IMG/VR virus record: IMGVR_UViG_3300042484_002041
Location: 1 to 64,000 of that record
Length of the DNA stretch: 64,000 nt
Strand: one strand, 5' to 3'
From: a virus
Below the pieces are notes generated by a model. The model ran no database searches. It was given only the letters and a program-made list of their open reading frames with translations, and was not told the origin of the DNA. Shown here piece after piece: positions 39,712-50,040 of this stretch (its first letter is position 1; each line of letters opens with the position of its first letter). A program made the translations under genes and the position numbers.

Positions 39712-40716
39712 GTGTTAACAATTTCAGATATAGAATCACTTCACATAGAATTAACTACTCGTTGTAATGCTCGGTGCCCGATGTGTATGAGAAACTATCG
39801 AGGCTCAGACTATAACAGCGGCTATCCAACTACTGAACTATCCCTAGCCGATATTAAAAAAATTTTACCACCAGAATTTATAAAAAATAAACGGGTACTA
39901 GTTAATGGTAACTTGGGAGATTTTGGGCTAGCCAAAGATGCACTTGAGATAGTTGAGTATTTTGTCGAACATAATGCCTCGACTCGAATTCACACTAATG
40001 GATCTATGAGAACACCTGGTTGGTGGGCTCAACTTGCCCATCCAAAAGTGCAAATTGGTTTTGCACTAGATGGATTAGCTGATACCCATTCACTGTATCG
40101 ACTCAACACCGACTGGACCAGCATAATTAAAAATGCGCAGGCTTTTATTGCGGCCGGCGGCGAAGCTAGTTGGAGATTTATTGCTTTCGATCATAATTTA
40201 CACCAAGAAGCTGAATGCAGACAAATGGCCAATGATTTAGGGTTTGTATCATTTGATTATATTAATCAAGGTCGTGACAACGGTCCTGTATACACACGGG
40301 CCGGGGATTTCACACATTGGATAGGCGAGCCGTGGCACGAGCATGTACCTGATATAAAATCTATGATACAAAGTCACATAACTTGGTATGATTCTAAAAC
40401 ATTTAAGTCATCTAAAGATACCACTCCGCTTAATATTAGTTGTCAGCATAAAGTTCGCAAAGAATTGTACATAGCAGCCAATGGCGAAATATATCCATGT
40501 TGTTATCTTGGATATTATCCACAAACAATGCATCACCCGGGAAATGAACAACTCAAGACCCTAGTCAAACGAAATAATGCTCTTGAATATCCTATAGAGG
40601 AATGTATCAAATGGTTCGATACTGTAGAAGAGACTTGGGGTAAGTCTAGTATAGCCAAAGGAAGATTGTATGCCTGTGTGAACTCTTGTTCGGCGAGTTC
40701 TGCGGTTGACAATTAA
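39712..40716 (+). CDS. Radical SAM/SPASM protein
   Basis: CNARCPMC; C-terminal YPCC. Confidence 0.85.
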   Translation: MLTISDIESLHIELTTRCNARCPMCMRNYRGSDYNSGYPTTELSLADIKKILPPEFIKNKRVLVNGNLGDFGLAKDALEIVEYFVEHNASTRIHTNGSMRTPGWWAQLAHPKVQIGFALDGLADTHSLYRLNTDWTSIIKNAQAFIAAGGEASWRFIAFDHNLHQEAECRQMANDLGFVSFDYINQGRDNGPVYTRAGDFTHWIGEPWHEHVPDIKSMIQSHITWYDSKTFKSSKDTTPLNISCQHKVRKELYIAANGEIYPCCYLGYYPQTMHHPGNEQLKTLVKRNNALEYPIEECIKWFDTVEETWGKSSIAKGRLYACVNSCSASSAVDN

Positions 40717-40816
40717 TTCATCCTGTGCTATACTGGGCACTTGATCGAAGTTCTTCGGGGCAAGAACCAAAAGTTCAGCGGTCGACCATTAATTCATCCT
40801 GTGCTATAATGGTTAC

Positions 40817-41146
40817 ATGGTTAGAAAAAAGCGTTCAGATCGTACCCACATTGTGTATGCCTTAGTTTCAGGCAGCGACTTCTACATTGGAGTCACTGCA
40901 AAGACTGAAACTACTGTGCAGAAGTCAGCGCAGACTCGTTTCAACAAGCACATCTATCGCTCACGTAGTGAGGACAAGAGCTGGCTGCTGTACGAAGCTA
41001 TGCGCAAACGGGGCACCGAAGCCTTTGCAGTTCTTGTGATCGACGTGCTGCGGGGCAAGGCTGCTGCTCATGCTGCTGAACGCGAGATGATTCGCGAGCT
41101 TGCACCCAACCTGAACACTGATGTGCGGGTGCGAGCAAACGGTTGA
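40817..41146 (+). CDS. GIY-YIG-like nuclease
   Basis: IVY...YIG...R..H...E...LN. Confidence 0.7.
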   Translation: MVRKKRSDRTHIVYALVSGSDFYIGVTAKTETTVQKSAQTRFNKHIYRSRSEDKSWLLYEAMRKRGTEAFAVLVIDVLRGKAAAHAAEREMIRELAPNLNTDVRVRANG

Positions 41147-41200
41147 CTCGAAATGGCACTTGTGCTATAATGTTTTTACTGTAGCAAAACGGAGCAAGAA

Positions 41201-41848
41201 ATGATGTATGCTAACTATCGCAAGCCTGTGCAGCGTCAAGCCAACCCTGAACAAGTCCCGGCAGTGGATGCACTGCGGGCCGTGCTGCCTGTGCTGGGCT
41301 ACGGCGACGCCAAGTTCGCAAACGACCTGCTGGGCAACTTTGCGCAGTGGGGCCGGCTGAGTGAAAAACAATTGCACTGGGTCGAGACTCTGACTGCTCG
41401 TGGCCTTGCTCCCAAGCAGGCTCCTATTGCGCAGGTCACAGTGGATTTCAAGAACATTCAAGACATGTTTGACCTGGCTGGCAAGACGCTCAAGCGCATC
41501 AAGGTCAAGCTGCAAGCTGTAGGCGGACAGGCTGTGGTGTTTAATCGTGCTGGCCCGATGAGCAAGTATGCCGGGCAAGTCATGATCACAGACGGCTTGC
41601 CCTTTGGCGAGAACAAGTTCTTTGGGCGCATTGATGTTACCGGCGAGTTCTTTGCTACCCGTAATGCCACGCAAGAAGTGTGTGAGCTGGTGAAAGAGTT
41701 CAGCGAAGACCCGGCAGGCACTGCTGGCAAGTACGGCAGGCTCACAGGCGGCTGCAGTTTTTGCAATCATGGCTTGAAGGATGATCGTAGCACTCAAGTT
41801 GGCTACGGCCCAGTGTGTGCCAAGCGGTTTGGATTGGATTGGGGATAA
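41201..41848 (+). CDS. Early protein with a C-terminal Zn finger (DUF6011-like)
   Basis: CSFC...GYGPVCA. Confidence 0.7.
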   Translation: MMYANYRKPVQRQANPEQVPAVDALRAVLPVLGYGDAKFANDLLGNFAQWGRLSEKQLHWVETLTARGLAPKQAPIAQVTVDFKNIQDMFDLAGKTLKRIKVKLQAVGGQAVVFNRAGPMSKYAGQVMITDGLPFGENKFFGRIDVTGEFFATRNATQEVCELVKEFSEDPAGTAGKYGRLTGGCSFCNHGLKDDRSTQVGYGPVCAKRFGLDWG

Positions 41849-41849
41849 A

Positions 41850-42803
41850 ATGACGCAGGTTCCGGGTGCATTGCACATAGAAACAACAACAAGATGTACC
41901 TTGGCCTGTCCGGCCTGCCCTAGAACCACCTGGCATAATATCACTAAACGCCCAGTTGCCAAGACTGATCTTGACGTTGATTTGCTTGAGAAATTTTTAG
42001 ATTGTGAAGGGGGTAAGCAAATTACCCGTTTTATGTTGTGTGGAGATTACGGGGATTCTATATACTATCCCGATCTGTTAAAGTTGATTCGGCGATTCCG
42101 GGATCAAGTTTCTTTTCAGATTATCACAAACGGCAGCAGACAAACAGAAAAATTTTGGCGCAACTTGGCCGGTGTGCTGACTGAAAATGATTCTGTGACC
42201 TTTTCAATTGATGGATTAGAAAATACCAATCACTTGTACAGAATCAATTCTGATTGGCATAGCATCATGCAAGGAATGGATATTATGGCCCAAAGTGCGG
42301 CGGCCATACATTGGAAAACAATAATTTTTAATTTTAACTACGACCGACTTGACAAAATAAAAGCGTTTGCTGAATCTAAAGGAGCCACATTTCATGCAGA
42401 AAAAACTCACCGTTACGGTGATCAATCACTTGCTCCTCCGCAGCAATTTGTAGAAATCAATCATCTTTTTCAAGACAAGTTTGTACATGATACTATCATT
42501 GAGATAGAACCGCGTTGCGAAAAAGATGCTAAAGTTATAACCTCAGATGGGTATTTGTCCCCTTGTGATTGGCTTAGAAATCCACAAACGTTTTACAAGT
42601 CTGAGTTATGGAAACAAAAAGAGCGGTGGTTGGAAAAAACAAAATTGAAAGATAACACTTATGATCAAGCTATTCTGGCCATAAGAGATTGGGAAAATTA
42701 CATAAGACAAAACAGTCTAGCCGGTTCAGACAAAGTTGATGTATTGTGTAAGATGCTGTGCAGAAAGGGCTGTGTCGAGAATAACAGAATAGAGTTGACA
42801 TGA
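41850..42803 (+). CDS. Radical SAM/SPASM protein
   Basis: CTLACPAC; C-terminal PCDW...C...C. Confidence 0.85.
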   Translation: MTQVPGALHIETTTRCTLACPACPRTTWHNITKRPVAKTDLDVDLLEKFLDCEGGKQITRFMLCGDYGDSIYYPDLLKLIRRFRDQVSFQIITNGSRQTEKFWRNLAGVLTENDSVTFSIDGLENTNHLYRINSDWHSIMQGMDIMAQSAAAIHWKTIIFNFNYDRLDKIKAFAESKGATFHAEKTHRYGDQSLAPPQQFVEINHLFQDKFVHDTIIEIEPRCEKDAKVITSDGYLSPCDWLRNPQTFYKSELWKQKERWLEKTKLKDNTYDQAILAIRDWENYIRQNSLAGSDKVDVLCKMLCRKGCVENNRIELT

Positions 42804-43378
42804 ACGATCAACCGAAAAAAATTGCACATCTAAGGGAAAAATTAATGTCGGACCGTACTGTACTTTGTACGGGAAATCCTGCCAATCCAATGGCATTGGC
42901 CTCTGGTTTTATAAAAATTTTTCCTAAAATTACATTCATCCATCGCAGTGCTGGATGGGACTTAACTGATCAGTCAACCGAAGCCAAGGCAAAATTAAAA
43001 GAGGTGTTTTCCCGGCATAATACATTTATTAATGCCAGTTATATTGCGCCAAATGTCCAATCGTATTTGTTAGAGTTGTGTAATCAATCTGTTAAATTTT
43101 GCGATGTGTTCAACATGGGAAGTACACACGAATATGATAATCTGGGCCGTAACGAATACAAACAATCAAAATTAGATCTTCGTGACAAAAGTTTACAGCT
43201 AAACTCTTATAGATTTCGTACACATCACATTATGCTCGGCGGAATTAAAAAAGAATCAGATCCCAGCACCGAAAACTGGCTTGACATTGCTGATATATGC
43301 AGTTTGATTCCCTGGATAACAGGACAACCATTTGATGTTCCGTTAATTTGTATTGATCAATTCAAGTCTCCTTGGTAA
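42800..43378 (+). CDS. SDR-like protein (paralog of 2960-3499)
   Basis: LCTGNP, FINAS, NMGS, YKQSK. Confidence 0.65.
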   Translation: MNDQPKKIAHLREKLMSDRTVLCTGNPANPMALASGFIKIFPKITFIHRSAGWDLTDQSTEAKAKLKEVFSRHNTFINASYIAPNVQSYLLELCNQSVKFCDVFNMGSTHEYDNLGRNEYKQSKLDLRDKSLQLNSYRFRTHHIMLGGIKKESDPSTENWLDIADICSLIPWITGQPFDVPLICIDQFKSPW

Positions 43379-43454
43379 CTTAATGATCAGGGCCGGTTGA
43401 CACGAAATTCAACTCGTGTTATAATGTTTTTACTGTAGCAAAACGGAGTACGAA

Positions 43455-43868
43455 ATGGCTTATGTGAACCAAGCAACCAAAGCGGCAATTGCACCCAAGA
43501 TCAAGGCTATCCTGAAAAAGTACGGTGTCAAGGGATCGCTTAGTGTTCGCACTCATTCCACTTTGACGCTGACTCTGAAGTCCGGAGCTATCGACTTCAT
43601 CGGCAACGGCAACGAAACTTGCAGTCAGGATCCGTACCAATCTGCAAAAGGTTTCAAGCCCAACACTTCGGGGTCCGAACAGGTTAACCCCTACCACTAC
43701 GGTAGCCACTACAGCGGACGTGCCAAGAAGTTCATGGCAGAGGCCCTTGCTGCCATGAACACCGGAAATCACAACCGCAGTGATGCTATGACTGATTACT
43801 TTGATGTGGGCTGGTATGTTGATATCAATATCGGCAAGTGGAACCAGCCCTACATTGTGCAAGCTTAA
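43455..43868 (+). CDS. Early hypothetical protein
   Basis: Behind a promoter cassette; SDAMTDYFDVGWY. Confidence 0.7.
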   Translation: MAYVNQATKAAIAPKIKAILKKYGVKGSLSVRTHSTLTLTLKSGAIDFIGNGNETCSQDPYQSAKGFKPNTSGSEQVNPYHYGSHYSGRAKKFMAEALAAMNTGNHNRSDAMTDYFDVGWYVDINIGKWNQPYIVQA

Positions 43869-43886
43869 TAATAGGAAAGTCCAGCA

Positions 43887-44444
43887 ATGCAAAACGAACT
43901 CGACAATCGACTTTTTGACAAGTATCCGAAGATTTTTCGTAATCCCCACACCGTGCTGACTCAAACATGCATCTGGGGATTTGAAATAGATAACGGCTGG
44001 TACAATATTGTCGATAAACTGTGCAACAATATTCAACGCCACATCGACTGGGGCCGGAAAGAACGTGCCCGAGCTTTGCGATTTAATCGAGCACTAAAGC
44101 GAGCCATTGCCGGAGATCGCACCAGCATCACTAATTTGTATTTTGACAATCGGGAAGTTCCAACTGATCACTGGATCAGCGATCGCATCAATAAACAAAT
44201 TCGGGATGAAGAGTACAGGGAAGTTCCCGAAATTGTTCAGCAGGTGGTGGCTATACAAGTAAAAGAAAAGTTCGGGACCCTAAGGTTCTACTACTCAGGT
44301 GGTGATGAGTTTGTGGCCGGCCTGGTAGATATGGCAGAATCCATGTCCGGCGTCACTTGTGAAAGATGCGGCACTCCGGGCGAGCTGCGCGGCAGGGGTT
44401 GGATCAAGACCTTGTGCGAACAGCATGCACCAGTTGACCAATAA
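43887..44444 (+). CDS. Hypothetical protein (QVKEKFGTLRFY...CERCG family)
   Basis: Common phage motif with a Zn ribbon. Confidence 0.7.
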   Translation: MQNELDNRLFDKYPKIFRNPHTVLTQTCIWGFEIDNGWYNIVDKLCNNIQRHIDWGRKERARALRFNRALKRAIAGDRTSITNLYFDNREVPTDHWISDRINKQIRDEEYREVPEIVQQVVAIQVKEKFGTLRFYYSGGDEFVAGLVDMAESMSGVTCERCGTPGELRGRGWIKTLCEQHAPVDQ

Positions 44445-44494
44445 TTCCCGTTCTGCTATAATAGCTTTATACAGTTAGCAATTAGGAGCAAAAG

Positions 44495-44656
44495 ATGGAG
44501 ATCGAAACATTGGCGATAGAAATTGCACAGCTTTCAAACGTGGATCTGGCCAAGTTGGCAGATGTGTTGATGGCGCAGTTTAACGCCCGTGCCGAAAAGT
44601 TGGCCTGGAACCTGCAAGTGAGCAGCACCGACCAAGCTCTGCGTGGAGGCATGTGA
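44495..44656 (+). CDS. Small early protein, 53 aa; not in the ORF track
   Basis: Promoter plus AGGAG SD upstream. Confidence 0.6.
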   Translation: MEIETLAIEIAQLSNVDLAKLADVLMAQFNARAEKLAWNLQVSSTDQALRGGM

Positions 44657-44862
44657 GCCAAGTTAGAATCTTAGATGGTGATCGAATCAACGAGTTTGAA
44701 ATGCTCACCGTGTTGGACTACATGCAGAACAAGTATCCCGCCCAGCACTACACCATGTCGCCTGGGAATCAATGTGTTTGGGTTGCTTGGGGTAGCAGTG
44801 TGCCCATGAACTTCTATTTTGTGTTCCGTGAAGGACGCATTGCTGATATTCAAATTGATTAA
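44653..44862 (+). CDS. Hypothetical protein
   Basis: GTGA overlap. Confidence 0.55.
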   Translation: MSQVRILDGDRINEFEMLTVLDYMQNKYPAQHYTMSPGNQCVWVAWGSSVPMNFYFVFREGRIADIQID

Positions 44863-44921
44863 CAGTTGACAACAAACGATCCCTAGTGTATAATGCTGTT
44901 GAGTAACAAGGAGAACGCGAG

Positions 44922-45068
44922 ATGAAGATCATTGTTAAGATTCCCCAGTTGCGCACTCGGGCGCATCGTGTGCTATTTGATAAAGAGCTGCCGTTCCACC
45001 CGCGGCGCGAACAGTCTCGCAAGCAATACCAACGTCATCCCAAAAACCGTAATCAGGAGCTAGTATGA
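44922..45068 (+). CDS. Small basic protein, 48 aa, with an ArfA-like pattern; not in the ORF track
   Basis: Own sigma70 promoter and AAGGAG; VLFDKELPFHPRREQSRKQYQRHPK. Confidence 0.5.
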   Translation: MKIIVKIPQLRTRAHRVLFDKELPFHPRREQSRKQYQRHPKNRNQELV

Positions 45069-45601
45069 ACACAGAACAAATCACCATTCGCGACTTTATG
45101 GAAGTTATCGAATACCGTATCACTGAAGGTAGCGAGTACGGTTGGGACTGCTTTGGCAACAAGGCATTCCAAATGGATCACTGGGCCGGCGAACAGCAAG
45201 ACCCCAGCTTGAGCATTGTGTTTGACACTGCTACGCAGGCGGTGTATCAAATGGAAGCGCATGACTATGTTCATGCGCGAGCGTACCGCTGGACCAATCC
45301 TGATTGGCGAGAAGCAGAGGATCGGGAAAGCCGTGCCCGTGCTGTTGATAATAAAGTAGCGTGGGACGATGTTCTATACATTGATCTAGATGTTGCTGAT
45401 GACATGCTGGAAAAGGCCACTGCTATCGCGACAGGCAAAGAATACGATACCCGTGTCAAGATATCATTAGAGTTCAGTAATGAAGAACTGCTAGAATACA
45501 TGATGATGGCGCATGAGATGGATGTTACCTTTAACGAATTTGTCACGCAGGCACTTGAATCGGCTATTGCACAACACGCCAAGCCCCGGGATTCTGAATG
45601 A
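45065..45601 (+). CDS. Hypothetical protein
   Basis: Coupled ORF. Confidence 0.7.
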   Translation: MNTEQITIRDFMEVIEYRITEGSEYGWDCFGNKAFQMDHWAGEQQDPSLSIVFDTATQAVYQMEAHDYVHARAYRWTNPDWREAEDRESRARAVDNKVAWDDVLYIDLDVADDMLEKATAIATGKEYDTRVKISLEFSNEELLEYMMMAHEMDVTFNEFVTQALESAIAQHAKPRDSE

Positions 45602-45810
45602 TTATCAAGGGACTGACCCGGCGTCAAGTAGAGATTGCCGACGCGCTGTGGGCTTGCGAAACGTTAGACGATGCCGATGAAGTTGTTGCCCGTTACGGGA
45701 CCGACGGTGTTGTGGTACATTCCCTTATGGTAGCCGAAGTGCTAGACTACACTGACGTTGATCTAACTGAAGTAAAGACCTGGCTTAACGATACGTTTTG
45801 GTTGAACTAA
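45598..45810 (+). CDS. Hypothetical protein
   Basis: Coupled ORF. Confidence 0.6.
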   Translation: MIIKGLTRRQVEIADALWACETLDDADEVVARYGTDGVVVHSLMVAEVLDYTDVDLTEVKTWLNDTFWLN

Positions 45811-45811
45811 G

Positions 45812-46273
45812 ATGAAAAAAATCTACTACGAAAAAGTCGGTAAACGGTACAAGCCTGTTGCCGAGCATGACAGTGACCTATTGGACAGTGTTCCCAAGGG
45901 AAACCATCTTGTCATGAGTTACCCCGGAGGTGTTAGTCGTAGGTACAATGTCAATCCCGACCATGCTGCTATGATTGCTGCAGGCCGGGTTGCCGAGAAT
46001 GCTATCTGCAAGGCTATCGGCAAGGCAAGCGAACTACGACCACAGCGAACTCCCATTACTCCTGGACAAAAGAAAGCATGGGAGAAGCTGGCAAAAGAGT
46101 TTGGAGATGAGCTTTGCACACTTAGCGGGCTGTGTATCCAAGACTGCGCAGAAGCAGGGGTCCAGGCCATGATCGATGAAGCCGAAAAGCTAATGCAGCA
46201 CGAAGCAGTTCGCAAAGCATACGAGCAGTTCATGTTGGTGTGCGAATTAACGAAACAACAAGAACAAACGTAA
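45812..46273 (+). CDS. Hypothetical protein
   Basis: ORF within the operon. Confidence 0.65.
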   Translation: MKKIYYEKVGKRYKPVAEHDSDLLDSVPKGNHLVMSYPGGVSRRYNVNPDHAAMIAAGRVAENAICKAIGKASELRPQRTPITPGQKKAWEKLAKEFGDELCTLSGLCIQDCAEAGVQAMIDEAEKLMQHEAVRKAYEQFMLVCELTKQQEQT

Positions 46274-46283
46274 ATATAGGCAT

Positions 46284-46358
46284 GGGCCATTAATTCAACG
46301 GTTAGAATAGACGACTCATAATCGTTCAACGAGTGTTCGACTCACTCATGGCCTACCA
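46284..46358 (+). tRNA. tRNA with CAT anticodon (Ile2 or Met)
   Basis: Cloverleaf GGGCCAT/ATGGCCT, GACGA-CTCATAA-TCGTT, CCA end. Confidence 0.85.
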
Positions 46359-46373
46359 TATTAATACTACACA

Positions 46374-46913
46374 ATGACCAATCCTGTACCAAGCACTAGC
46401 CCGGCGCATTATCATTTCGCAATTGAGAGTGCCCGTCGGCGAAGCCAAGATGCCAATGAGCCCGAAGCGGTGCAGTCTTATTTGCACCAGGTGCAGTACT
46501 ACGAGCAAGCAAGCAAGGAAAAAGCAATGCAAGAACAGGACCCCAAATGGCGCGAGAATAATCTAGAGTACGACCTACGGTCCACTGACTGGATCCTGGA
46601 CAAGGTACGGGCCAGTGATGTGTATGCTCAAAATATCTATGCTGCATTATGCAACAATGACTTTCAGCGTAACAATGTCATGCCTATCCTTAAAAACGAA
46701 ACATGGAGTTGCAGTTGGCGCCACGCAGGCGGAGTTGTGGCTGACATGATAGGCAAGGGTGACTACATGGATTGGTACTGCTCGGGCAGTATGAGCGGTA
46801 CAGCTTTGCGTACCGAAGATTACATCACGGGCTATGTAAATGAAAGCACAGTCACAGATGAAGTACTAGAAGACCTGTTCAAGCTTGGTTGGATTGTTAG
46901 CTCACTTGACTAA
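46374..46913 (+). CDS. Hypothetical protein
   Basis: WSCSWR..GG...DYMDWYCSG conserved-looking motif. Confidence 0.7.
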   Translation: MTNPVPSTSPAHYHFAIESARRRSQDANEPEAVQSYLHQVQYYEQASKEKAMQEQDPKWRENNLEYDLRSTDWILDKVRASDVYAQNIYAALCNNDFQRNNVMPILKNETWSCSWRHAGGVVADMIGKGDYMDWYCSGSMSGTALRTEDYITGYVNESTVTDEVLEDLFKLGWIVSSLD

Positions 46914-46916
46914 CAT

Positions 46917-47126
46917 ATGACAACCGTTGTAGACTGTGAAAAAGTCTTTGCCCGGACATTTGACCAACTTACTGTGTATCGCAGGCACTGCATGGCTGTG
47001 TGGTGCAGCGAGCGCATGACGCCGCTTGATCCGCAGGGCAAATATAACTGGTGGGTCGACGGCAATACCTTTCTCTTCCGTTGCGAGAAAGATCATATGC
47101 TGTTTGTACTGGCCTGGTGTGACTAA
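46917..47126 (+). CDS. Hypothetical protein
   Basis: Small ORF. Confidence 0.55.
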   Translation: MTTVVDCEKVFARTFDQLTVYRRHCMAVWCSERMTPLDPQGKYNWWVDGNTFLFRCEKDHMLFVLAWCD

Positions 47127-47140
47127 CCTTACTAACTAAT

Positions 47141-47968
47141 ATGAAAACTATTGAACTTGAGCATTTTAAAATTGACAGAAAACAGCCGTTAACAGTTATA
47201 GCCGGACCGTGTCAAATTGAAGACTTAACTCATGCTATGGCTATTGCGTTGGAAGTAAAACGCATTTGCGAAGATTTGAATGTTCAGTTCATTTATAAAA
47301 GTAGTTTTGATAAAGCAAATAGATCAAGCATAACTACCAGGCGCGGTGTGGGCATGGAACAAGGGTTGGAGATTTTAAAAACAGTCTCCAACAAATTAGG
47401 TGTTCCTACTATTACCGACATACACGAATCATCACAAGCGGGTATTGTGGCAGAATCAGTTAGTATGCTACAAATCCCCGCATTTTTATGCAGACAAACT
47501 GATTTACTTTTGGCTGCTGGCGCAACTGGCAAGCCCATTAATGTTAAAAAAGGACAATTTTTAGCGCCTTGGGATATGAAAAACGTTGCAGAAAAAATTG
47601 CCTCAACCGGCAATGACAACATAATGTTATGCGAAAGAGGATACAGTCATGGATACAATAATCTTGTGGTTGATATGCGCAGTTTACCTATTATGGCAAG
47701 TACTGGTTATCCCGTTGTCTTTGACTGTACACATAGTGTCCAACAACCCGGAGGACTCGGTGACAAATCTGGGGGAGACAGAAAAATGGTTCCCTTTCTA
47801 TCTAGAGCCGCAGTAGCAACTGGATGCGTGAGTGCAGTGTTTATTGAGACTCATGAGAATCCCGATAAAGCTCCTAGCGATGGACCAAATATGATTCCAT
47901 TACGAGACCTAAGAGTGCTGATAAGTCAGCTAAATTTTATTCATAACAGTGTTAGAAACTTTAACTAA
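47141..47968 (+). CDS. kdsA: KDO 8-phosphate synthase
   Basis: [40 protein letters not shown]. Confidence 0.95.
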   Translation: MKTIELEHFKIDRKQPLTVIAGPCQIEDLTHAMAIALEVKRICEDLNVQFIYKSSFDKANRSSITTRRGVGMEQGLEILKTVSNKLGVPTITDIHESSQAGIVAESVSMLQIPAFLCRQTDLLLAAGATGKPINVKKGQFLAPWDMKNVAEKIASTGNDNIMLCERGYSHGYNNLVVDMRSLPIMASTGYPVVFDCTHSVQQPGGLGDKSGGDRKMVPFLSRAAVATGCVSAVFIETHENPDKAPSDGPNMIPLRDLRVLISQLNFIHNSVRNFN

Positions 47969-48058
47969 AGAACAACAACTTACAGCGTTTAGCCTCAAGT
48001 GGGCTTGACAAGCGGTGTGATATCAGTTATACTTGTGAAAATTTATTAAGGACTTTGT

Positions 48059-48364
48059 ATGAGATGGCTCAATGGTTGGATGGAAGAACGATGCAGGAAC
48101 GCATTGGTACTGGTGCAACTTGAGGATTCAAAAATGCGCAACAGGATGGGAATGCAGTCGAAGTCGTCTCATGACGATGTCGAAAGTGATGACGGACTTA
48201 ACATTACCATCAGGCACGCAGTAGGTGGCAAAATTGTTACCTTTAGGCACTTCAATCACAGGACTGATCGTATTACCAATACACTGTATGTGATCCCCGA
48301 GGAACTGGACTTTGAACGAGAACTAGGAAAAATAATCACGCTCGAATCCATGCGGATGTCATGA
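48059..48364 (+). CDS. Hypothetical protein
   Basis: Promoter (TTGACA-17-TATACT) and AAGGA upstream. Confidence 0.6.
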   Translation: MRWLNGWMEERCRNALVLVQLEDSKMRNRMGMQSKSSHDDVESDDGLNITIRHAVGGKIVTFRHFNHRTDRITNTLYVIPEELDFERELGKIITLESMRMS

Positions 48365-48598
48365 ATACTTTGATTACAACTATCGTTGCCCTTGCGGCAG
48401 CGGTCTCGATTATCTCGTTTGTTGCTTGTGACGAGATCAAGGTAGTTACGCCCCCGGTTGAAACTGATTCAACTCTGGGTAAACTGCAAGTAAATAATAA
48501 CTCAAGTCAGCCAAATTGTGTCAACTACACAGGCTGATTTAGCGTTATATATATGTAGGGATAAAAATTCCTACTCCAACCAAAAAGGAAACTTTAAC

Positions 48599-48832
48599 AT
48601 GAAATCAATCGTCACTCTTATCGCCACCCTGGCCACTGTTACTGCATTTGCCGCTGAACCAGTCAAGGCTGCTCCTGCTGCTGCTTCTGCAACAGCCGCT
48701 ACCCCTGCACCTGCTGCTTCTACGCCTGCCAAGAAAGCAGAAAAGAAGGCCGATGCTGCCAAGCCTGCTAAAAGCAAAGCATCGGCACCCAAGGCTGACG
48801 CCAAGCCTGCCGCACCTGCTGCAAGCAAGTAA
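48599..48832 (+). CDS. Secreted Ala/Lys/Pro-rich small protein
   Basis: Signal peptide ending AFA; low-complexity mature part. Confidence 0.75.
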   Translation: MKSIVTLIATLATVTAFAAEPVKAAPAAASATAATPAPAASTPAKKAEKKADAAKPAKSKASAPKADAKPAAPAASK

Positions 48833-49028
48833 TTACACAGCAGACGATGAAGACGATGAGATTGGCATAGGCACAACTGATGTCTATGTAGGTTATCGTC
48901 GTCGCTCACTAGAAGAATGTGACGAACACTGCGAGCATCATGAAGATGGGTTCAGTGATTACGTAAAAACTAGACTGTTGATTGCTAGGTTGCTGGCATT
49001 AAGAAAGCGACAAGAAGTTTGGGGGTAA
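48753..49028 (+). CDS. Small protein with acidic middle, overlapping the previous gene
   Basis: The only ATG is inside the upstream gene; ends at the terminator. Confidence 0.45.
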   Translation: MLPSLLKAKHRHPRLTPSLPHLLQASNYTADDEDDEIGIGTTDVYVGYRRRSLEECDEHCEHHEDGFSDYVKTRLLIARLLALRKRQEVWG

Positions 49029-49042
49029 TACCCCAAACTTTT
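49015..49042 (+). terminator. Intrinsic terminator
   Basis: AAGTTTGGGG-GTAATA-CCCCAAACTT-TT. Confidence 0.7.
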
Positions 49043-49065
49043 CTTACGAAGTAAAAAGAAAACCA

Positions 49066-50022
49066 ATGACAAAAGCGTTGATTACATTTGGATGCAGTTG
49101 GACATTTGGCGTAGGGGTTGGATACGAAGACCCTATGTCATTAACTGACTATAAAACTATAAATCAGTCCGTTGATGTGAATAACAATCTTAGTTTTCGT
49201 GGTATTCTTAGTCAACGGCATGGATTCAAAAATATAAATTTCTCCGAGGCGGGATCTAGCAATCGACGCCAATTTAGATTGGCAACTGAATTTTTCAATG
49301 GTAAAAAGTTTCAAGATCTACAAAACTGCGGGACTAAAATTGTTGTGCTATGGGGGATGACTTCAACCGCTCGAAATGAAGTATTTCTGAGTGAAGAGAA
49401 TAAACTCTATAATTTTATGTACAGTTCGGTAGAAAATATCGGGAGACAGCATCAAGCTGTTGACAATCAAGTTAGACAGTTTTTTGCCAAGCATATGTAT
49501 AGTCATGAACACGAAATGTTTACACTAGCGCACGAGATGGCACATTGGAATACGTTTTTTAAGTCACTTGGTATTGAGAATTATTGGTATGATACATTTA
49601 ATCATCATGACTACACTATCAATAGCCCGGCCTTGCTAGAGTTCAAAAAAAACTATACTGATTGCGCTGGACCAGACTGGCCCAGTTGGCAGAACTTTGT
49701 TGATAAAAAATTTGATGGTATTGATAGTAGCGTAATCGATGAAATTTTAAATACAAACTTTGAATTTGTAAATAATTTGTCAATCACAAATTTTGTAATT
49801 GATCATCCCACTGACCGAGATCTTATGAGTCAACTGGTGATGCGCAACGGTAGCGATCAGTTTGATCGTAATTATCATCTTAGTCATTGGGAAGTTGATG
49901 GCGATCGAGTAAAATATTTGATTGATCTGAAACTTCTTAATCCTTACAGCTTTCATCCTACCAAACTTGGACACGAACAAATAGCAAACATGTTTGACCA
50001 CTTATTTGAAAAAACTAGCTGA
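49066..50022 (+). CDS. SGNH-hydrolase-like protein
   Basis: FGCSWT, GSSN, HP...GH. Confidence 0.6.
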   Translation: MTKALITFGCSWTFGVGVGYEDPMSLTDYKTINQSVDVNNNLSFRGILSQRHGFKNINFSEAGSSNRRQFRLATEFFNGKKFQDLQNCGTKIVVLWGMTSTARNEVFLSEENKLYNFMYSSVENIGRQHQAVDNQVRQFFAKHMYSHEHEMFTLAHEMAHWNTFFKSLGIENYWYDTFNHHDYTINSPALLEFKKNYTDCAGPDWPSWQNFVDKKFDGIDSSVIDEILNTNFEFVNNLSITNFVIDHPTDRDLMSQLVMRNGSDQFDRNYHLSHWEVDGDRVKYLIDLKLLNPYSFHPTKLGHEQIANMFDHLFEKTS

Positions 50023-50040
50023 CTTTTGATAAAACTCAGG

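Larger units (their letters stand above)
40706..44894 (+). promoter_or_regulatory. Cluster of repeated sigma70-type early promoters (-35 at 40706, 40782, 41143, 43397, 44434, 44866; related copies at 60300, 60799)
   Basis: TTGACN-17-TATAAT/TATACT (TCGACC at 40782) with shared spacer and leader sequences. Confidence 0.8.

Noticed and set aside
41165-44042. Long minus-strand ORFs (41165-41962, 43419-44042, also 60821-61117) with similar LRFATVKTL ends
   Set aside because: They are antisense to real genes; the shared end is just the reverse complement of the repeated promoter cassette.
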